A stretch of 64,000 bases of DNA from the human T2T-CHM13v2.0 reference genome, Homo sapiens: NCBI RefSeq assembly GCF_009914755.1, contig NC_060926.1. One strand, 5' to 3'. Under the pieces are notes generated by a model. That model saw only the letters and a list, made by a program, of their open reading frames with translations. It had not been told where the DNA came from and made no database searches. Of this stretch, positions 62,253 to 64,000 are shown one piece after another. Each line of letters begins with the position of its first letter. The first letter of the stretch is position 1. A program made the translations under genes and the position numbers.

Positions 62253-62886
62253 AAGATCTAGTCTCAGAAGTCGCATACCATAATTTATGCAAGTCCTATT
62301 AGTTACATAGGTAGGCATATTCAGTAGGAGATGGGACAAAAAAAGAGAGGAATAGGGACTACTACTGGTGGCCACCTTGAAGCCTGGCTATCACAGTATG
62401 TCCCCAGAGCCCCATTTGTTCATGTCCCCAACATGCATAATATATTTCCTCCTGTCCAGACTCTTCCAGCAGTCTCATACCTTTATATCATTGATTCAAA
62501 ATCCTGCCACCTAAATCATCTAACCATGAATGAATGGAGTGTCATTTACTGAGATGAGTAAAACTAGAGTAGAAACAACTTTAGTGGGGAATATTAAGTG
62601 AAGATTTAGGTATGTTAAGTATGAGATGTCTATTGAACTGCAAGTAGAAATTTCAAGTGTACAACTTAATGTGCAAAACTTGGGTTCAGAGAAAACACCT
62701 GGACTAGATGTATAAATTTTGGAGTTTTTGGTGTATGGGTAACAAAATTTAAATTAGGATAAATTCACCAGGGCAGTGAGTATACATAAAAATGAAAAGA
62801 GGCTTTCCAACATTTGGATGTCAAGAAGATGAGGAGGCACAAAAAAAGAAATACATGATATGATTGAAAAGGAATAATAGTTCCAT

Positions 62887-63550
<664 letters not shown>

Positions 63551-64000
63551 TGCTTCCTGCAGTTTTTAATGTCACACAACCATTATGACTGTATTAGCTG
63601 CAAATTATATAGCCTCAGCCTAGCTTCTCAAAGGACCCAGTCTTATTCCTTGCTGACTAGGAGTCAGAAGCCAGAAGACTGTGCAATCTTCTCCTTGTGT
63701 TACCTTCTGGTCAGTGTCAGGTTCTTACACAAACAACAGAGGTCCTCTCTCTTTTAGTCTCCCCTCTACTTCCTTTTTCTATCCCTTTCTCCCCAGGGTC
63801 TCTGGCTCATTTTACCTCCACTCTTTTTATTTGCACCAGTTATTCCTGTTTGCTCTTCAAACTTTTCTCAGTGGAGCATGCTGAGGTATTCTTAACTAGA
63901 ATGACATGTTTTCATTGATGTCACTGCACCTGCCACCATCATGGCAGGCTGTACCTTCAAGGACTTTCCTCCGCATAGCACTCCCTGACAAAACATATCC

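Overview
This is primate, almost certainly human, non-coding genomic DNA; a human-specific AluYb8 is present. I find no credible protein-coding gene. The ORF track consists of short chance ORFs, Alu-derived ORFs and fragments of a dead L1 ORF2. The window holds about 28 Alu copies or fragments, a 2.6-kb 5'-truncated L1PA with a nested Alu, several L1 3' ends, MaLR/ERVL/ERV1 solo LTRs, DNA-transposon fossils, L2/MIR remnants and a full-length processed RPS29 pseudogene. The most unusual structure is a ~1.5-kb composite (Alu + L1 3' end + unrelated older DNA + Alu) bounded by one perfect 15-bp direct repeat inside an old MLT1 LTR. It looks like an Alu/L1 chimera with a 3' transduction, or an Alu-mediated capture. 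Several plus-strand exon-like segments hint at a spliced non-coding transcript, which is unproven. I see no evidence for a new biological system. Repeat subfamily names come from recognising consensus sequences by eye and need RepeatMasker/Dfam confirmation. Boundaries of the old elements are approximate.
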